Assembly: GCA_000165425.1 (NCBI GenBank)
Contig: CT868025.1
Span: 1-64,000 of the forward strand
Direction of reading: 5' to 3'
DNA from: Paramecium tetraurelia
Lineage: Eukaryota
Length of the DNA: 64,000 nt
The translations under genes and the position numbers were made by a program. The notes beneath the pieces are model-generated. The model did no database searches, was not told the origin of the DNA, and saw nothing but the letters and a program-made list of their open reading frames with translations. Of this stretch, positions 11,301-25,546 are shown one piece after another (position 1 is the stretch's first letter; every line of letters begins with the position of its first letter).

Positions 11301-14300
11301 TCAGTTATGACATTCTTATTATTGGGGGAAATAACTTTGAAGATTATTGGATATGGAATTCAAGATTTTAGTAAAAAGTCTAGCAATAACCTGGATGCTT
11401 TTGTTATTGTTTTGTGTTTGATATAATACTTTATTTCAATCACTGAACCCTTTTGGTTGGTACAATATAGCAGTGAAATTAAAGTATTAAGAGCATCAAA
11501 AGCATTTATGCTCTATAGAGTGATTAAATATAACAAATTTATTGTAAGAATAATGAAGATTGCTTAATTGACAATGAAGTCATATATAAATATCACATTT
11601 TTAATGTTCTATATTATTTTTATGTATGCCATAATGGGATTGTAGTTTTTTGTGAATAAGTTTGATGAAACTTAGAGATTGGCTTAGTTGCATTCATTTA
11701 ATAGCATAGGAAAATCATGGATGACTGTATTTAATACAATTACAAACGACGATGCAGTTGGAATGTTAAAAGTAGCTACCTAATACACTGATACTTGGAT
11801 CGGATTGCTGTTTTATATCACAATGGTATTTGGGTTGAACTATTTAATATATGGTTTGGTGAGTGCAGTATTATTGGATGCATTCTCATCAGAATTAGAA
11901 AAGGGGAATCAGTTTGAGGAGAAGAGAGAGAGAATACTGCAGAAATTAGGAATACAAGAGAATATTAATCAGAATGAGACTCAGTTAGATACGTTATCTT
12001 CGTATAAGAATGAGAAGGATGAAAATGAGGATATCCTTAATGATATAAAAATTTAATAATAATAGTTTATCAAACGATAGACACTTAATAGCAAGAAGAG
12101 CATTTATCAATAAGTGCCTGAAACAGTGAAGCACATATTCAGTAAGTAGAAGTCATTAGAAATATAGTATTATAAAGATATCGAATGCGAATATTCCCTA
12201 TTCATATTCCATTTCAATAATAAATTTAGGAAGTTTTGTTTTAGAACAACTAAATCTTTCATCTTCAAATTTATATTGAATAGTTCAATTTGCTCTTCTG
12301 TAGCTACGATGATCATTATATCATTTGATGATAGTTTGCCATCTTTGCATACAAATAACTTAAACACATTTTATGAATATCATTTATTAGCTGTGAATCT
12401 AATCATTGCAATAACTTATATTCTGGAGATCATTTCTCAAGGGATGTTATTGGATTAAGGAGCATTCTGTAGAGATATTTGGAGATTTATAGATATCTTG
12501 TATTTGATTAGTTATTATTTGTCCTTTATGACTCAGTCTCCATTTTTGAAATTTTCACTTTATCTAAGTAATAATGTATATATTTTAGTCTATTTACGCC
12601 CTTTGATGATGATCAACATGTTTCAAAGCATTTCAGGTATTAAAAATGCGATGAGTTTGAGTCTAGTTCAAATTCTAAATATTATAGGAGTAATTTTGTT
12701 AGTCTTCTTGATATTTGATGTAATAGGAATGCATTTGTATTAAAACAAAATGGGTTATTGTGAAGATCTAATGAATTTCCATGTAAATAATGATCTATGT
12801 TTGCAACAAAATAAGAATTGGATCATTCACCCTTACAATTTCGAAAATATTTTAAATGGATTGTTGACATTATTCTTGGTTGCATCTTTGGATGGATGGG
12901 GAGAAATTATGTAAGTATGCTTTAATGCAAATGATTCTAAATACGGTCCTACTCCTCTAAAAACCTAATGGGCTACCTACTTATTCTTTATTTTGTTTAT
13001 TTTCATTGGAGCCATGTTTTTTATGGGATTCCTTACAGGCGTACTCTTCACTGAATTCTAAAAGTATACTAAAAAGTTAGAAAATAAGTTTTTGACTAGT
13101 GATCAATCATAATTTCTGAAAATCTCAGAATTGATCTTGGAATAAAGTCCTGGATATAGTAATCCTCCAAAGACACCCCTTAGAAGATTGTGTTATAGAA
13201 TTGTGTTTAGTCAATTATACCATAAGTATTTCATAGTTGTGTTATGTGTCAATACTATTGTGTTGTGCTTATTCTATTCAGATGCATCTTATGAATACAT
13301 GTCAAATCTTAATAAGACTTATTAAGTGTTGACAGGAGTGTTTGCTCTTGATACGATTATCAAGTTGTTGGCCTATGGTCCAACTCGATATTTTGGTATT
13401 TATAGTGTTACTATCTAAAGCAACTAATTGGAGAGTTATTGAATTGTCCCTTTCGTTTATTGCTGTTGCTGATTTTATCTATGATAGTTATTGGGGATGG
13501 TTTACTACTTTCTTAAGTGCTAATTAATCTGACTAATACTTCACATTCTATAGGATTTTGTTTTGTTTACGAGACATCCGTATATTGCTGATAATTTAGG
13601 AGTTCAAGGGACTATTGAGATTGCTGAGAGTGCTTTGGTTTTCAATGCCCCTATTGTTAAAGATCTTATACATTCAAGTCATAGCATAAACTACATATGC
13701 TCTAATAGGGAAGGAATTATTTTCGCACATAACCAATGGATCAGTAATTGATGACAAATATGCCAATTTTAAGAACTTTATTAATTCTGCATTATTGATG
13801 TTCAAATGCACTACAGGTGACGATTGGAGAGCTCTGTTAATTGATTGCTCTACTTAAAACTATTATTGCAAGAGTGATCATAATTAGTGTGGATCATCAT
13901 GGTCCTTGCCATTTTTTCTTTCATACTATTTGTTTTCGAATATCATCATTATGAACCTATTTGTGCTAGCCTTAGTGGATTAATTTGAAAGTATTCAAAC
14001 ATCATTATGTCTTAGATTTTTTTAATGCTTCAACTAATGCCATCCAGACGTTTGTGGAGAATGTAGATCATTTCTGTAATGTTTGGTGTAAATACACATA
14101 TGAAACTAAAGGAACCAAAATGCATACTCGTTTTATCGCGCGCTTTTTGTTAGATTTACATGAACCCTTAGGAGCACTGGAAGGAGATAATGTATGGGAT
14201 GCAGCTAAGAGTGCTTCTAATTTCAGAATAAGAGCAAATAAGCAAGGTTATGTGTATTTTAATGAATTACTTTATGAGACAATTCGATTTGCTTTTAAAG

Positions 14301-14952
14301 AAAGTGTATTCAAATCAGGATCATTGATAGGTAGATCACAAATGAAATAATTTGACTTAGCTATGAAAAGGAAAATGAAAGAAAATAACATGAAATCAGA
14401 ATAATAATAAGATTAAGAATATTTTTAGGATGAATACAGTTCCAAGCATTAAAACTTCAACATCCTTTCAGAATATTTAAATGTGTTGATTGCTCTTAAG
14501 ACATGGGAAGCTTACACTTTGAAACTCATAGAGAAAACAAAAAATCTTGATGAATACACAGAACAAACCAGTTCGTCAGGAAATGATCTGAAATTGTCAA
14601 TGAATATCGGAGCCTCAGTTTCAAGGGCATCTTAAAATAGATTAACTTAGACGATAGACTTGGATGATCTTAGAGTGCAAAGGAATTATGGACATTTGAA
14701 TATTTACAAGGAAACTAAATCATATCAATATTACTAACATTGCATTATATTAGAACCCATAAGCAAATCGTCACCATAAGATACCACTGTTCAAAGATCT
14801 CCGTCAAGTTTTCTTGAAAATCAAAGTAATTCATTATTAACTCTTTAGAATAAGCTAATGCTAATCCAAAGAAAACGAACATCAAAAGATAGTCGTCATT
14901 ATTTAAACAAAATGTACAATCATTCAAAGATGTGCTAGAAAAAGTATTTTGA
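8301..14952 (+). CDS. Four-domain (24-TM) voltage-gated-type cation channel alpha subunit (Cav/Nav/NALCN superfamily)
   Basis: Four S1-S6 repeats with pore loops IITMDNW, TITNDDA, VASLDGW and CTTGDDW. S6 motifs FFAFNLIIAVL and IIMNLFVLALVDQF, then a C-terminal LHEPLG/VYFNELLY region like that of Cav/Nav. About 8 tiny introns. Start ATG is tentative. Confidence 0.9.
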
Positions 14953-14989
14953 TATTAGATTTATACTAATAAATTATATTATAAACAAA

Positions 14990-15989
14990 TCAAAATGCAA
15001 TTTATTATTTCTTTCTATCTTCCAATTCTTCTTCTTCCTCGTACTACAATTTCACTCTTGGTTTCTTCTTCTTAACATCCTTCACTTCATCATCTAAGAT
15101 TATTATTAATGCTTACCATCTCTCCTTAATTAATTAAATGTCTATTTCTAAAACAATCTTTTATCATCCTCTTCATCATCTTGCTCTTAATCTTCTTCAT
15201 CATCTTCTTCTAAATCATTTGGATCAAATATCAATTCCTCATCTGAGTAATCTTCCTCCTCCTCTTCCTATTCCTATTGTTCTCTCTATAGAAATAATTA
15301 TTCATTAGAATTTACTTCTTCTTCATCCTCCACTTAATTCTAACCAACGAATTTCTCAAAAGCCTTAGTATTGTAATTCATAATCTCATTGTATACTCCA
15401 TTTTTCAATCTGTCTATCAATTCCTATTCTATGGCATTCTCCAAATTGGCAGCCACCAATGCTTTCTATTCTCTGATCTTATCTCTTCTTTCTGCCTTCT
15501 TTTTAATCGGAATCAATTCCTTGCTATTATATATTATTGTTTCATACAATCCCTTCAATCGCATCTTCCTTATTCTTATCAACATCTGTCTTAGCTTAGT
15601 CAATCTTTGCTTATTTTTGTGAATCATGAAGTTACTCCAATATTTTAACTATTCATCTATTTAAGCCAATGCCTATAATTGATATTTTTTGTAAGTTTAC
15701 TTATTCATAGTTCTTCGATAATAGTATCTTCTCCCATAATTCTTTTGGTTTTTATGCTCTTTCTGCTGTTTTTACATAAAGATAACATAATCCCTTTTCT
15801 TCTTTAATTGTGGCATATTATGAATTTGCCAATGGACAGGATTATTTAGAACACAACCCTGTCACATTATATTCATTTCTACAGAAATTCTAGGAGATTG
15901 TTCTAGTCATAGTACTTTTATTCTTACTTTATCTTAAATGAACAATGACCTCGATTTATCACCTACCACACAACTTCGTCAATTTACAT
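14990..15989 (-). CDS. MAK16: MAK16 60S ribosome biogenesis protein
   Basis: MQIDEVVWQVINRGHCSFKIK / [27 protein letters not shown] / LYVKTAERA..PKELWEKI, with an acidic C-terminal tail. Tiny introns. Confidence 0.95.
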
Positions 15990-16042
15990 TATTAATTAAT
16001 AATATTAAAAATTTATAAAGCATAATGAATAAAAATGAGAAT

Positions 16043-19000
16043 TCAAGACAATCCCTTCTTCTTCTTCTTCTCCAACCAAATCTTCTTCTCCTTCTTCTAA
16101 AATGCCTCAATCCTCAACTTATAATTCTCCTGATCCACTATTAAATATGGCTTAACATCCTCATCATTATATTCCAAATCCTTATTCTTATCATCCTTAT
16201 CCAAATCCCTCTTAGTTCTCTTCTTCTTAACTTCTTCAAAATTCTCAAAGTACTTTCCTTGCACCTTGATTGTAAGATTCTATATCAGTTGTGCTAATTG
16301 TTTATCTAATTCTTTCTGATATTATTCTTTTTACTTTTTAGTTGTCTATCTCTAATTCTTAGCAAACTTCTCAATGACATTCAATTGCTTTCTCTACTTC
16401 TCATCCAACAACTCCAAATTCTTCCTAAACATCACAGCATCCCTACTATCTTTATCATCAGGATTCTACGATTACTATAGAAACGCAGTCAACTTGTTAA
16501 TCATCTTCCATCTCTTCAGATTCGGCTCAGTCTTAATTTTAATAAATTATTTACCGTCAATCCTAATTTACTAGATATATTTTGAATGTCTTCTACATGC
16601 AACTTACGTAAATCGTTCTCAGTACCCATTACCGAAGGCTTCTTCTCTTGGATAGCATTCTAGCCTTTCTCCCCTCTAGCCTTAAGTGGTTTCTTAATGT
16701 AATTTAAACCTCCATGTCCTGATGTGGGATCTCCAATTCCATACAATAGCATCCTTCCTGTTTAATTGGCTGAATTCAAAAAGGACTGAGACAAGGACCA
16801 TGCAGTCATATTTAGTTCATCTTCAACCCTCCTTGCAATAACCCAACTATTAAAATCCTAAGGGTTTCTTGACAAGTATTCCTAGAGAGTTTTCTTCATC
16901 TTATCACTGTTCTTGAGTTCTCTCAACCCAAACTCTTATAATAGATAAGAGGAATGCAACATAGACTCATACAAGCACACTTGATTGGCAGTTATGTCAT
17001 ACTTAAGAATCTGGATGTCATCATTGCCTCCTTTCTGATATCTCCAAGTTTTTTGATTAGAAGAATCCTGTATCCCTTTACATTCTTTCAGAGCTGATCT
17101 AATGTAGGCGTGACTCTGTTTCTGACTTTGTTTTTGATTTTATTTTTAAAATATTAATTCCAATTCGTCTTATTTGACTTCCAAACCCATCTTAAACTAT
17201 TTCTTTATATAGGTCTTTAGACAATTCTTTAAGAATGTTCCCAAAGGTCTAGACTGAGGAGTAAAGATTTCTACTTTAGGCTCAATTTAACCAACTAAGT
17301 ATATACAATCTATAGGCCTAAGTGTATACTTATAATGGCAATTATCAACTCTTGTTCTCACCAATAGAAAATCAGTGACTGGCAATTTCTATTTGAAAAT
17401 TGGAGCCCTGTAAAGATCATTCTCTATAACTGCTATCCCTATAAATCGTTCATCTGTAAGTTGACCCTAAAGTGGTATTGCTTAATTCTTATCGAGAAAT
17501 CTAATCTAACCTATATTACCCAATTGTTCAACCAACATATTTTTGAATTCCCAAAGAGCCATCTCCTCATTCGTAATCTATCCCATTTATCCATAGGTGC
17601 TTCTGTAATTAGCTTAGACACTATTCTCTTAAAAGTTATTGTAATTATCACCTTCATCCTTAATTCTTTTCTAATTAAATTGTTGTAGTGCCCTACTAGA
17701 ATAGACATACCTAGTCACTTTAGAGCACATTCCAGTATTGTTCAATAATAATGGCCTCTATTCAATATACTCCATCAATATAAAGTTACCCTTCGACAAG
17801 GATAGATTGTCGATCTATTTATAATACTCATGACTATTCTATTTCTCGGTTGATTCTTCAAGTAATACTTCCCTATTGTCCTTCTTTTGTTCCTTTAAAT
17901 TCACCAAGGGAACCAATTCAGTCGGCCATGGATCAAAATATTTGACTTGCTCTCTTTCCAATCCAAGAAGTTCTCTTTTCTCTTCATATAAATTGTCTAC
18001 AATATTATTCCTATGGTATTTTGCATGTTTCGACAACACCTAAGAAAAATCATTTAAGAGAAATGACTCAGCCACCAAAGAATGTATATAAAATGGTGTA
18101 GTTTAAAACGCCTTCATTTTAGATTCAATTAAATTCAATAATTCCTTATTCCCCACATCCTCATTGCCAAATTACTAATTGAAATCCTGTTGTTGTTGTA
18201 TTCCATCTTCAAACTATGACAAATCCTAAGACTCCTACTAATCCTCTACACTTAGTAAATTCACATGAGATACAGCACTTCTATTATCCTTTTGTCTTGA
18301 CACTATTGATGGAGCAGCCAATCTATTAGCCAATTATTATTATGTCCCTACTTTCTCTGGAAACTTCTTTTAGTGCAATAACACCTCCAATTTCTCACTA
18401 AAGAATTGTCGATTCTAGAGATCAACTTCAACTCTATTATAAGTTTGAAACGATCTTGATAAGAAGTTATCCTTGTGACCCATACAAAATTCGACAATCT
18501 CTTTGTTGTAATATGAATAATTATCCAAAGCGTTCTGAAATTCCTATTCCTTTTTATCGATTTCAACTTATTTATAGCTTTCATCTGGTTGTTAATTTTA
18601 TTAATTCTATTACTCATTCAATTTCTTTTCGTCTTCTAATTGTTACTAAATACGCTGCAATAATCCCATTCCTGCCTCATCAGTTTATGCTTGGCATTTT
18701 AAAGAAGTAAAATCTTACTATGGACATTGATACAAAAAGGATTCTTTGTTAATAATCCTTTCATGTTTTTGAGATTCAACTTCTGCTTTGAAATCATCCT
18801 TTTATTATTCAAATAATTTGAATTTATCAGCAAAAAACCGTTTCAAATTCTCACTGTCTTTCTATCTAATCTAGGCTTCTATTTCCATTTGATTCTTTTT
18901 TGGATCCTAATCCACTTAGATTTATTACTAGTACTCCTCATTCTCTTCTGGTTACTGCACATTAATCTCATTCCCATTCTTCATTCTCTCCTAAATTTCT

Positions 19001-19881
19001 CTCTTGTAATTTATGCCCTCCTCCAACTTTATCTTTTTATGTTTTTTGTTGATCATATCATTTAATTCCTGATAGAATTTAGGCGTTAATAGTGGATTAT
19101 ATGAACTTTGCATCATTCCATAAGGGTTTTCAACTACTTCCTCTTAGCATAAGATTGTATAGTTGTCCTTGCTCTCATTTTATAACTTAGTATAGAGGGA
19201 CAGTCTTTTGTCTAGACTCTTCAAGCATTTCTGCTTTTTGAAGGAATTCAAGATGATTTCTGAATCCTTATTCTACTGTAAGTGTTCCTTGATTTATTGA
19301 TCAGTCAAAACAGAGAAAAATTGCATCAAGGAGTCATAGTAATCAGCATCAAAGGACTTAGTTTTCTTATACTTGTACAGAATGATGTTAATCACTTTGT
19401 CGTAGATCATTCTAACATCCTCACTGGCGGCATAATAAAAATCAGAAAATGCATAGACTGGATATTTAACATTTTAGGATTAACGAGTATTGTTGGTTTA
19501 TGCTGATGACTAATTGCTTCTTAATTCCATTTGACGTAAAAAGGTTCTCAATTAGGGGTTGCTTCTCAAATATTCATTTTAATCCTAATCGGGAGCCAAT
19601 TTCATATTCTACAAATTAGGCTCATTGATCTTCAGATTCTATCTTTGAGTAATCCTCTTTTGCTCTACGTCACTGGCTCCCTCCTCTTCCTCTTCGTCAT
19701 CGCTTGTATCATCATTTTAATCTTGGGGTTTGAATCCTGCAAATAATGCATCGCAGTCTAAAATGTCTTTGAAGTGTCGCATTGCAAAGTTTAAATCTAA
19801 ACTGCTTTTATCTCTTTAATTCATTTCATTAACATCCTCAAACTGGGCAAATAAAATATCTAAAAGGGCCTCGTTTATCAT
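16043..19881 (-). CDS. TAF1: TFIID subunit 1 homolog (DUF3591/TAF1 core)
   Basis: TAF1-core motifs in the expected order: IHSLVA, SLSKGNFILMEYIEQRPLLLNNTGM, ACLYESM, TAWSLSQSF..GRMLLYGIGDPTSGHGGLNYIK, VMGTENDLRKL. Confidence 0.85.
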
Positions 19882-20337
19882 TAATAGTTAAAATATTTAC
19901 AAATTATATATAAGTTTATATTAATTAGCCCAATTATTTGATAATTAATATTATAGGAACTACAGATAGCTATTATTATTATAACTCAGTTTTATAAAAT
20001 TAGTTTATTCACATAAGAAGATCTATAGCAATACTCAAAAATTCTAGCTATTCTACATACTAATGTTGGGGATTTCTTTTCATTACTGATTCTCCATATT
20101 TGTCTGTTTAAAGTTAAGAATAGGGTGTTCTCATGGGAGAGTATTGATGTTGATTACAATAATCCTTTCGTTAATTTTCAGTAAGAATTCTTGAGTCTTA
20201 AATTACAAAAAAACATCATTAACAATAAGGCACGAATTAGGAATATTAAATTATTAATGCTGCTGATAGTGATAATTAATGTATGGGTTTATGTTGAAAT
20301 TATTTAAATATTATATCAATTAGAGATTATTAAAATC

Positions 20338-23300
20338 ATGAACCCCTTTTTTCTATTTACTTTCGAAATTAGACAAGAGATAGTTTCTAAATATGTGAAT
20401 AGCATTGCTTATGTAATAATACATTATTTTATCATCCTTGTCAACCATTATAATAAGTAATCAAAGCAGAATTTTTATTATTTAGTTATATGATTATAGC
20501 GTAGACTAGAGATTCAAACAATTCTAATCTCTCAGCATTACTCAATTAATTAGATGTTAGCAATATCGTTTTCGATAATTCACAATTTACACTTATTGTA
20601 TCAATAATCGAATTCGCTTTGTCATTACTTATCACCCTGCTTGGAATTCTGCTACTTTTATAAAAAAACAACAATCAGGCTCAACAAATATAGTTTAGGA
20701 GTCTCGGAAATGTACTCATTTAGTTTATATAGATTTTTATAAGATCCGTAAGAATATTGTACTGGATTCTGTGTTATCCCTTCCTCTTAGTGTCGATCTA
20801 TAACACCTTGCTTGACAATTCGATGAGCCAATATTTTTCAATATTCACAATCCTCTTTGTCGTGCTCTTTACTTTTTTTCACGACTTTGCATTGCTTAAC
20901 GACAATTTTAATAAACAAGACTTTCTGAACGTCGCACAATCTTGGCCCTATGTGTTTAGCAGTTGGATTAAATTAGTGTAATGCTCTTACTCAAGTTATT
21001 ATTATGTAAACCAAAATTCCCATGTACAAATAATAAATAATAATTTTAGATGGTTTATTTACTTGTTAGTTTTGGATTGTCGTTTATAAATTACATTTAA
21101 CTAGAGTATTTTATGGTAATTTTTGGAAAATATGATATAGATTACATCTTTCATTTAGTTAATGTGATTTATTTTGGGTAAAGCTTTGGATTGCTGATCT
21201 AATATTTCATTAACATCGATGATCCTTACACTCTCATAACTATATTGATAATAATTGCTTGTGTTGCCGTTCATGTTGGTTTTAGAAAGTGGCATTTTGA
21301 GTATCAATTCACTAATTCCAAAGATGTTTCAACCCGAGTTATGCTTTTAAATTGGTTCAGAGAACTCGAATGCTCAAATATATATTACATGGGAATGATC
21401 ACTAAACATTATAATCACCCAAATAATAGGAAATGCTTCCTAAGACACAGTGCCATCTATTACAGTGGTAAGAAGTTTGCCAAATACACCTACATAACAA
21501 CCAAGAAACACAACATCGAAAAATACAAAGGATTGTTTGTGAAGTTCCTCATCAAATGTCTACTTGAAACTTAATTAAAAGTGTAACCCAATTCTGATGA
21601 AATACGGTTGCTCTACTCAGAAATCTTATTCTATAAATTCAATCTAATCAACCAATCATTCAAACACTTATCCAAAATCAAGAACAACATCAATTTTAAC
21701 TAAAAAATGAGAATTAAATAATTAAAACTATCAATTCACAATAAATTGAAGGAGAACAATCAATTAAGTTATCGTTCAAAACTTCCCTTTGAAAACGTGT
21801 TGAAATGCGAAGAACAAATGAAAGAGTTCTTCTAGGCCTTTCAAAAAATAGCTGAATTGCAAGTGTATTTTTGGAAGAATTAACTTCAACAAGTTATTTC
21901 AATTCCTGAATTACTTAAAATATGTTAGTCAATACTGTAAGAGATTTAGATTTGTCAGAAACAATGGAAAAACATTCATGTCACTAATCCAATTGATGAA
22001 TAACAAATGTTGATAAGATTCAGATGGAAATTCTTCTACCTCTACTTTAAACTGTATATTCTTCATAAGAAATTAAAAGTATAAGAAATCAAAGAACTAC
22101 CTGATCAAAATCTTAAATCCTAATAAATCTTTTAAGATGAAAAAGTAGATGAAAGATCCTCAAGTGAAGATGAGGCTTAAACCAAAAGTTATTACCTAAC
22201 AAATTGTATCATTTCATCTAACAACCTTTTTTTTCGAGTTGATAAATTTGGAGAAATTATAGCAGCTAGTCAATCAACACTTAAAATTTTAGGTCGATCT
22301 TAAAATGAATACAGAGGAATTAGAGTTGAAACACTAATGCCAGACGTAATCAAAGAGAATCATAATGATTTTTTAAAGTAATTCTATAAGACTGGACAAT
22401 CTGAAAATCTATTTAAGAGAAGATCCATTTTGGTCAAACATAGCAAAGGACATTGTTTTAAAGCACAAAAATATTTGAAATACATTTTTAATTTGGAGTA
22501 AGATAGGTTTGAGTATTTGAGCATGTTGAGGTAAGTGTCGAGTCGCTCTTAGTATATAGTTTTGAATTCAAGGTGGGAAATTGATTCTTCAAGCGAATAC
22601 CTTTATTAAATATTCGGAGATTACAAACTCCCTTTTCTATCCTTATGTCCTAAAGCCATTTCATATACTGAATACGCTCAATTTCTTACAAATTTTGATA
22701 TGAAAATTTTGAGTCTGAAAATATGTTCTTATGGTAGCAGAGAGAGAATCTAAGATAAGAAATTTACATTCAGAAGATAAAATGATTAAACATTTAGTAA
22801 TAAATCTATCAATGAATTAACAAGCTTAGTTTTTAAAAGAGAGTTGGAGGAGAAGCAAAAGTAGAATGTGATTTAATTGTTTTAATAAATTCTTGAGGAG
22901 GACAATGACATTGAGAAAACTGCAAAATTAACCAGATTGAATCATATTAAATTAAATATTAGAGTACCTATGTACAAAGCTGAATTTCAAGAAGATTACA
23001 ATAGGTATGATGCTTAGATGTAGACCATTTTTTATGATGGGGAAAGCAGGAAGAGGTTGATTATCAGAAATGACAATGGCAATTTAAGAGTAGATAAATT
23101 TGAATTCCTTTAAAGATATAGATGGGTTAAATAATAGAGAATGAAGTTTATCTATTAAAAAATTAGTAAGCATTTAAATTAAAATAGAAAATCTGTTTGA
23201 ACATTTTTGTTCAGAAAAGGTACTTGAAAAAGTGTTAAAAGTTGATGCTAATATCAAATTCTATAAGACTCTAAATAAAACATCCTTTCATATTTTGAAG

Positions 23301-25546
23301 ATTAATCGTTTAGAACTTTATGATGAAAACACAAATAGCAATGATAAGCAGGAGAATGAATTTATCAACACCAATTCATTTAGACCATACACTTCGGCTT
23401 TGGCTAAAGAAGTTATAATAGCATCTCAATCTTAGTCATATAACTTAAAAAGTCAAAGTGGAAATATGTATTCAGGTAATCTATATACTTCTATAGTTTA
23501 GATATGGAATTGATTACGAATAGAGAATACTCTTAAAAGCCTTTTTTAATTGATTACACCCTCAGGGAAGATTTTTTAGTTTAAGGATCAAATGCAATAT
23601 ATAGTTTAAATGAATAGAAAAATCCTTTTATAAAGGAAGAGATAAATAAACTATCAAAGAAGAATTAAAAATTGACCTTGCTAGTTGTTTTAAACAGATT
23701 TTCATTTTTTTTGTAACTGGTGTTTATTTCCTTTACTTACTTTTTTTGCTCATTCTACTACAACCCTATTACTCTACACAATTCAGTGATTTTATTCGGC
23801 CATCTTTATAAAATATAGTTGTTAACCGTATCATCATATAATTATATCATTGATGTAGCTCTAATGAATGAGTAAAAATTGTCAAGCTTATTAATTACAA
23901 ATCCAGCAACAAAATTTAATACAACGAGGTAGTTTTATGATTTTGTCAGTTTGGAGATTGGAGATTATAATACTTATGTTTCCTACATCTATGCTAATTA
24001 AGATTTTGTGTCGATGGTTTATTCTGGATTTTATGGGGATGATGAGAATGTCAGTGGACTGGATATTTTGGATTAGTTTAAAGTTAACTTATTATAATTT
24101 AATCGCTCTGACAAGTCTTCAATAATATAAAATAATACTATACTATCCCATTTTAGAGATTACATGGTACCTTATGGGCAAGAATTAATGTAGGATTCTG
24201 TTGCTTCAAGAATTAATGATGCTATTCAATATTAATCCTCGTCTATTGATAATCTCATTCTCTTTATGATACTCCAATTGACCTTAATGCTAATCAACTC
24301 AATTTTTTCTTTGCTGATTAAATTTAAGTTTCGCAATGATATAAATACTATATACTAAATTGTTACTAACTTGCCCAAAGATGACAAAATTAAAGCCATG
24401 AGACAATATCAAATATTATTTGCATAATTAAATTCCCTTTTTGAAGAAGAATGTAATTTTACATCTATTATATCATTTAGAATATGGATACAAAAAATAA
24501 TCTTTGCATATTTTGAATGGGGATACAGTTATGTAAATATAATCATTAGTCATAGATAGCAAGACTTTGAAATAAATGAAGTCGAAAAAATCAATTAAAA
24601 AAGAGATAAAGCCAAAATTCAAAAGCCACCAAAATATTCATTCAATGTACTAATACAATTTTATTGTTTTCTAGACTGTTTTTGCTCTTATGTGTTATTT
24701 AACAATTATAACTGTTTTATTCATACTTGTGTATTATTTCATTTTGGATAATCAAACACAAGTGAAGTAATTCTTTTTGGATAACAATTTCTTAGTTCAA
24801 ACAAACTATTTTTGGCTAATTACATTGCTTAAGGAAGTAAATTTATCATCAAATATTAGAAATTCATTTATGAAAACTATTTAAACTCCTCTTATTACCC
24901 CAATATCACGAACTTTAGATTCCAGTAGTTTCTTAACGACGTTTCACTATTTTAGCCTAATCTGTATTAAACATCCATAAATGAGATTTAACGTGTTTTT
25001 GATGAAACATTGTGTGATTAATCATTCGGTATGGTTTATAAGTATAACAATTAGATGAAACTGGAACTTATATTTATTACAATTAGTTCTGTGATGTTAT
25101 ATTGGATGGGGCATTAAAAAGAGGATTAAAACAATTTAACATATTATTATCATAGGTGGTAATAAAAGCATTAAATCCAGATGATTAAAGATATGAAAGT
25201 TTTACTTTAGAAGATCTTGCCCAATATTAGATATCATTTTAGATTATTTATGAAATATATCAGAATAATTTTCAGATTTGGGCTTCAGATGCTGAGAATA
25301 TATTAAAGAGTTCATCAGATTTAAGTCTAATTTGCTAGTAAGCTATCTCATTATTTAAGTATTACGTAACTTGTTGTGATCTTCATTCTATACTTTTGTT
25401 TATTGGAATATTTCTTATTTACTAAGCTATAACAAGACTTTAATTTCAGCAAAAAATATTACAGATATTTCATGCTGAACGAAACCATGAATTAAGTGAA
25501 GACTATGAGAGTAGATTTGGTAAGATCTGGTCTATTATCCAAATGA
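20338..25546 (+). CDS. Large multi-pass membrane protein with central PAS domain (ciliate PAS-TM / TmcB-like family)
   Basis: Hydrophobic N-terminal TM bundle and a TPR-like helical region. PAS-like segment VDKFGEIIAAS...VETLMPDVIKENHNDFLKQFYKTG. Further TM segments C-terminally, ending RSGLLSK-TGA. Multiple tiny introns. An upstream in-frame ATG at 20257 is possible. Confidence 0.75.

Noticed and set aside
14990..19881. MAK16-TAF1 (and kinase) neighbourhood as a functional cluster or operon
   Set aside because: Tight packing is genome-wide in Paramecium, and nothing in the sequence indicates co-transcription.
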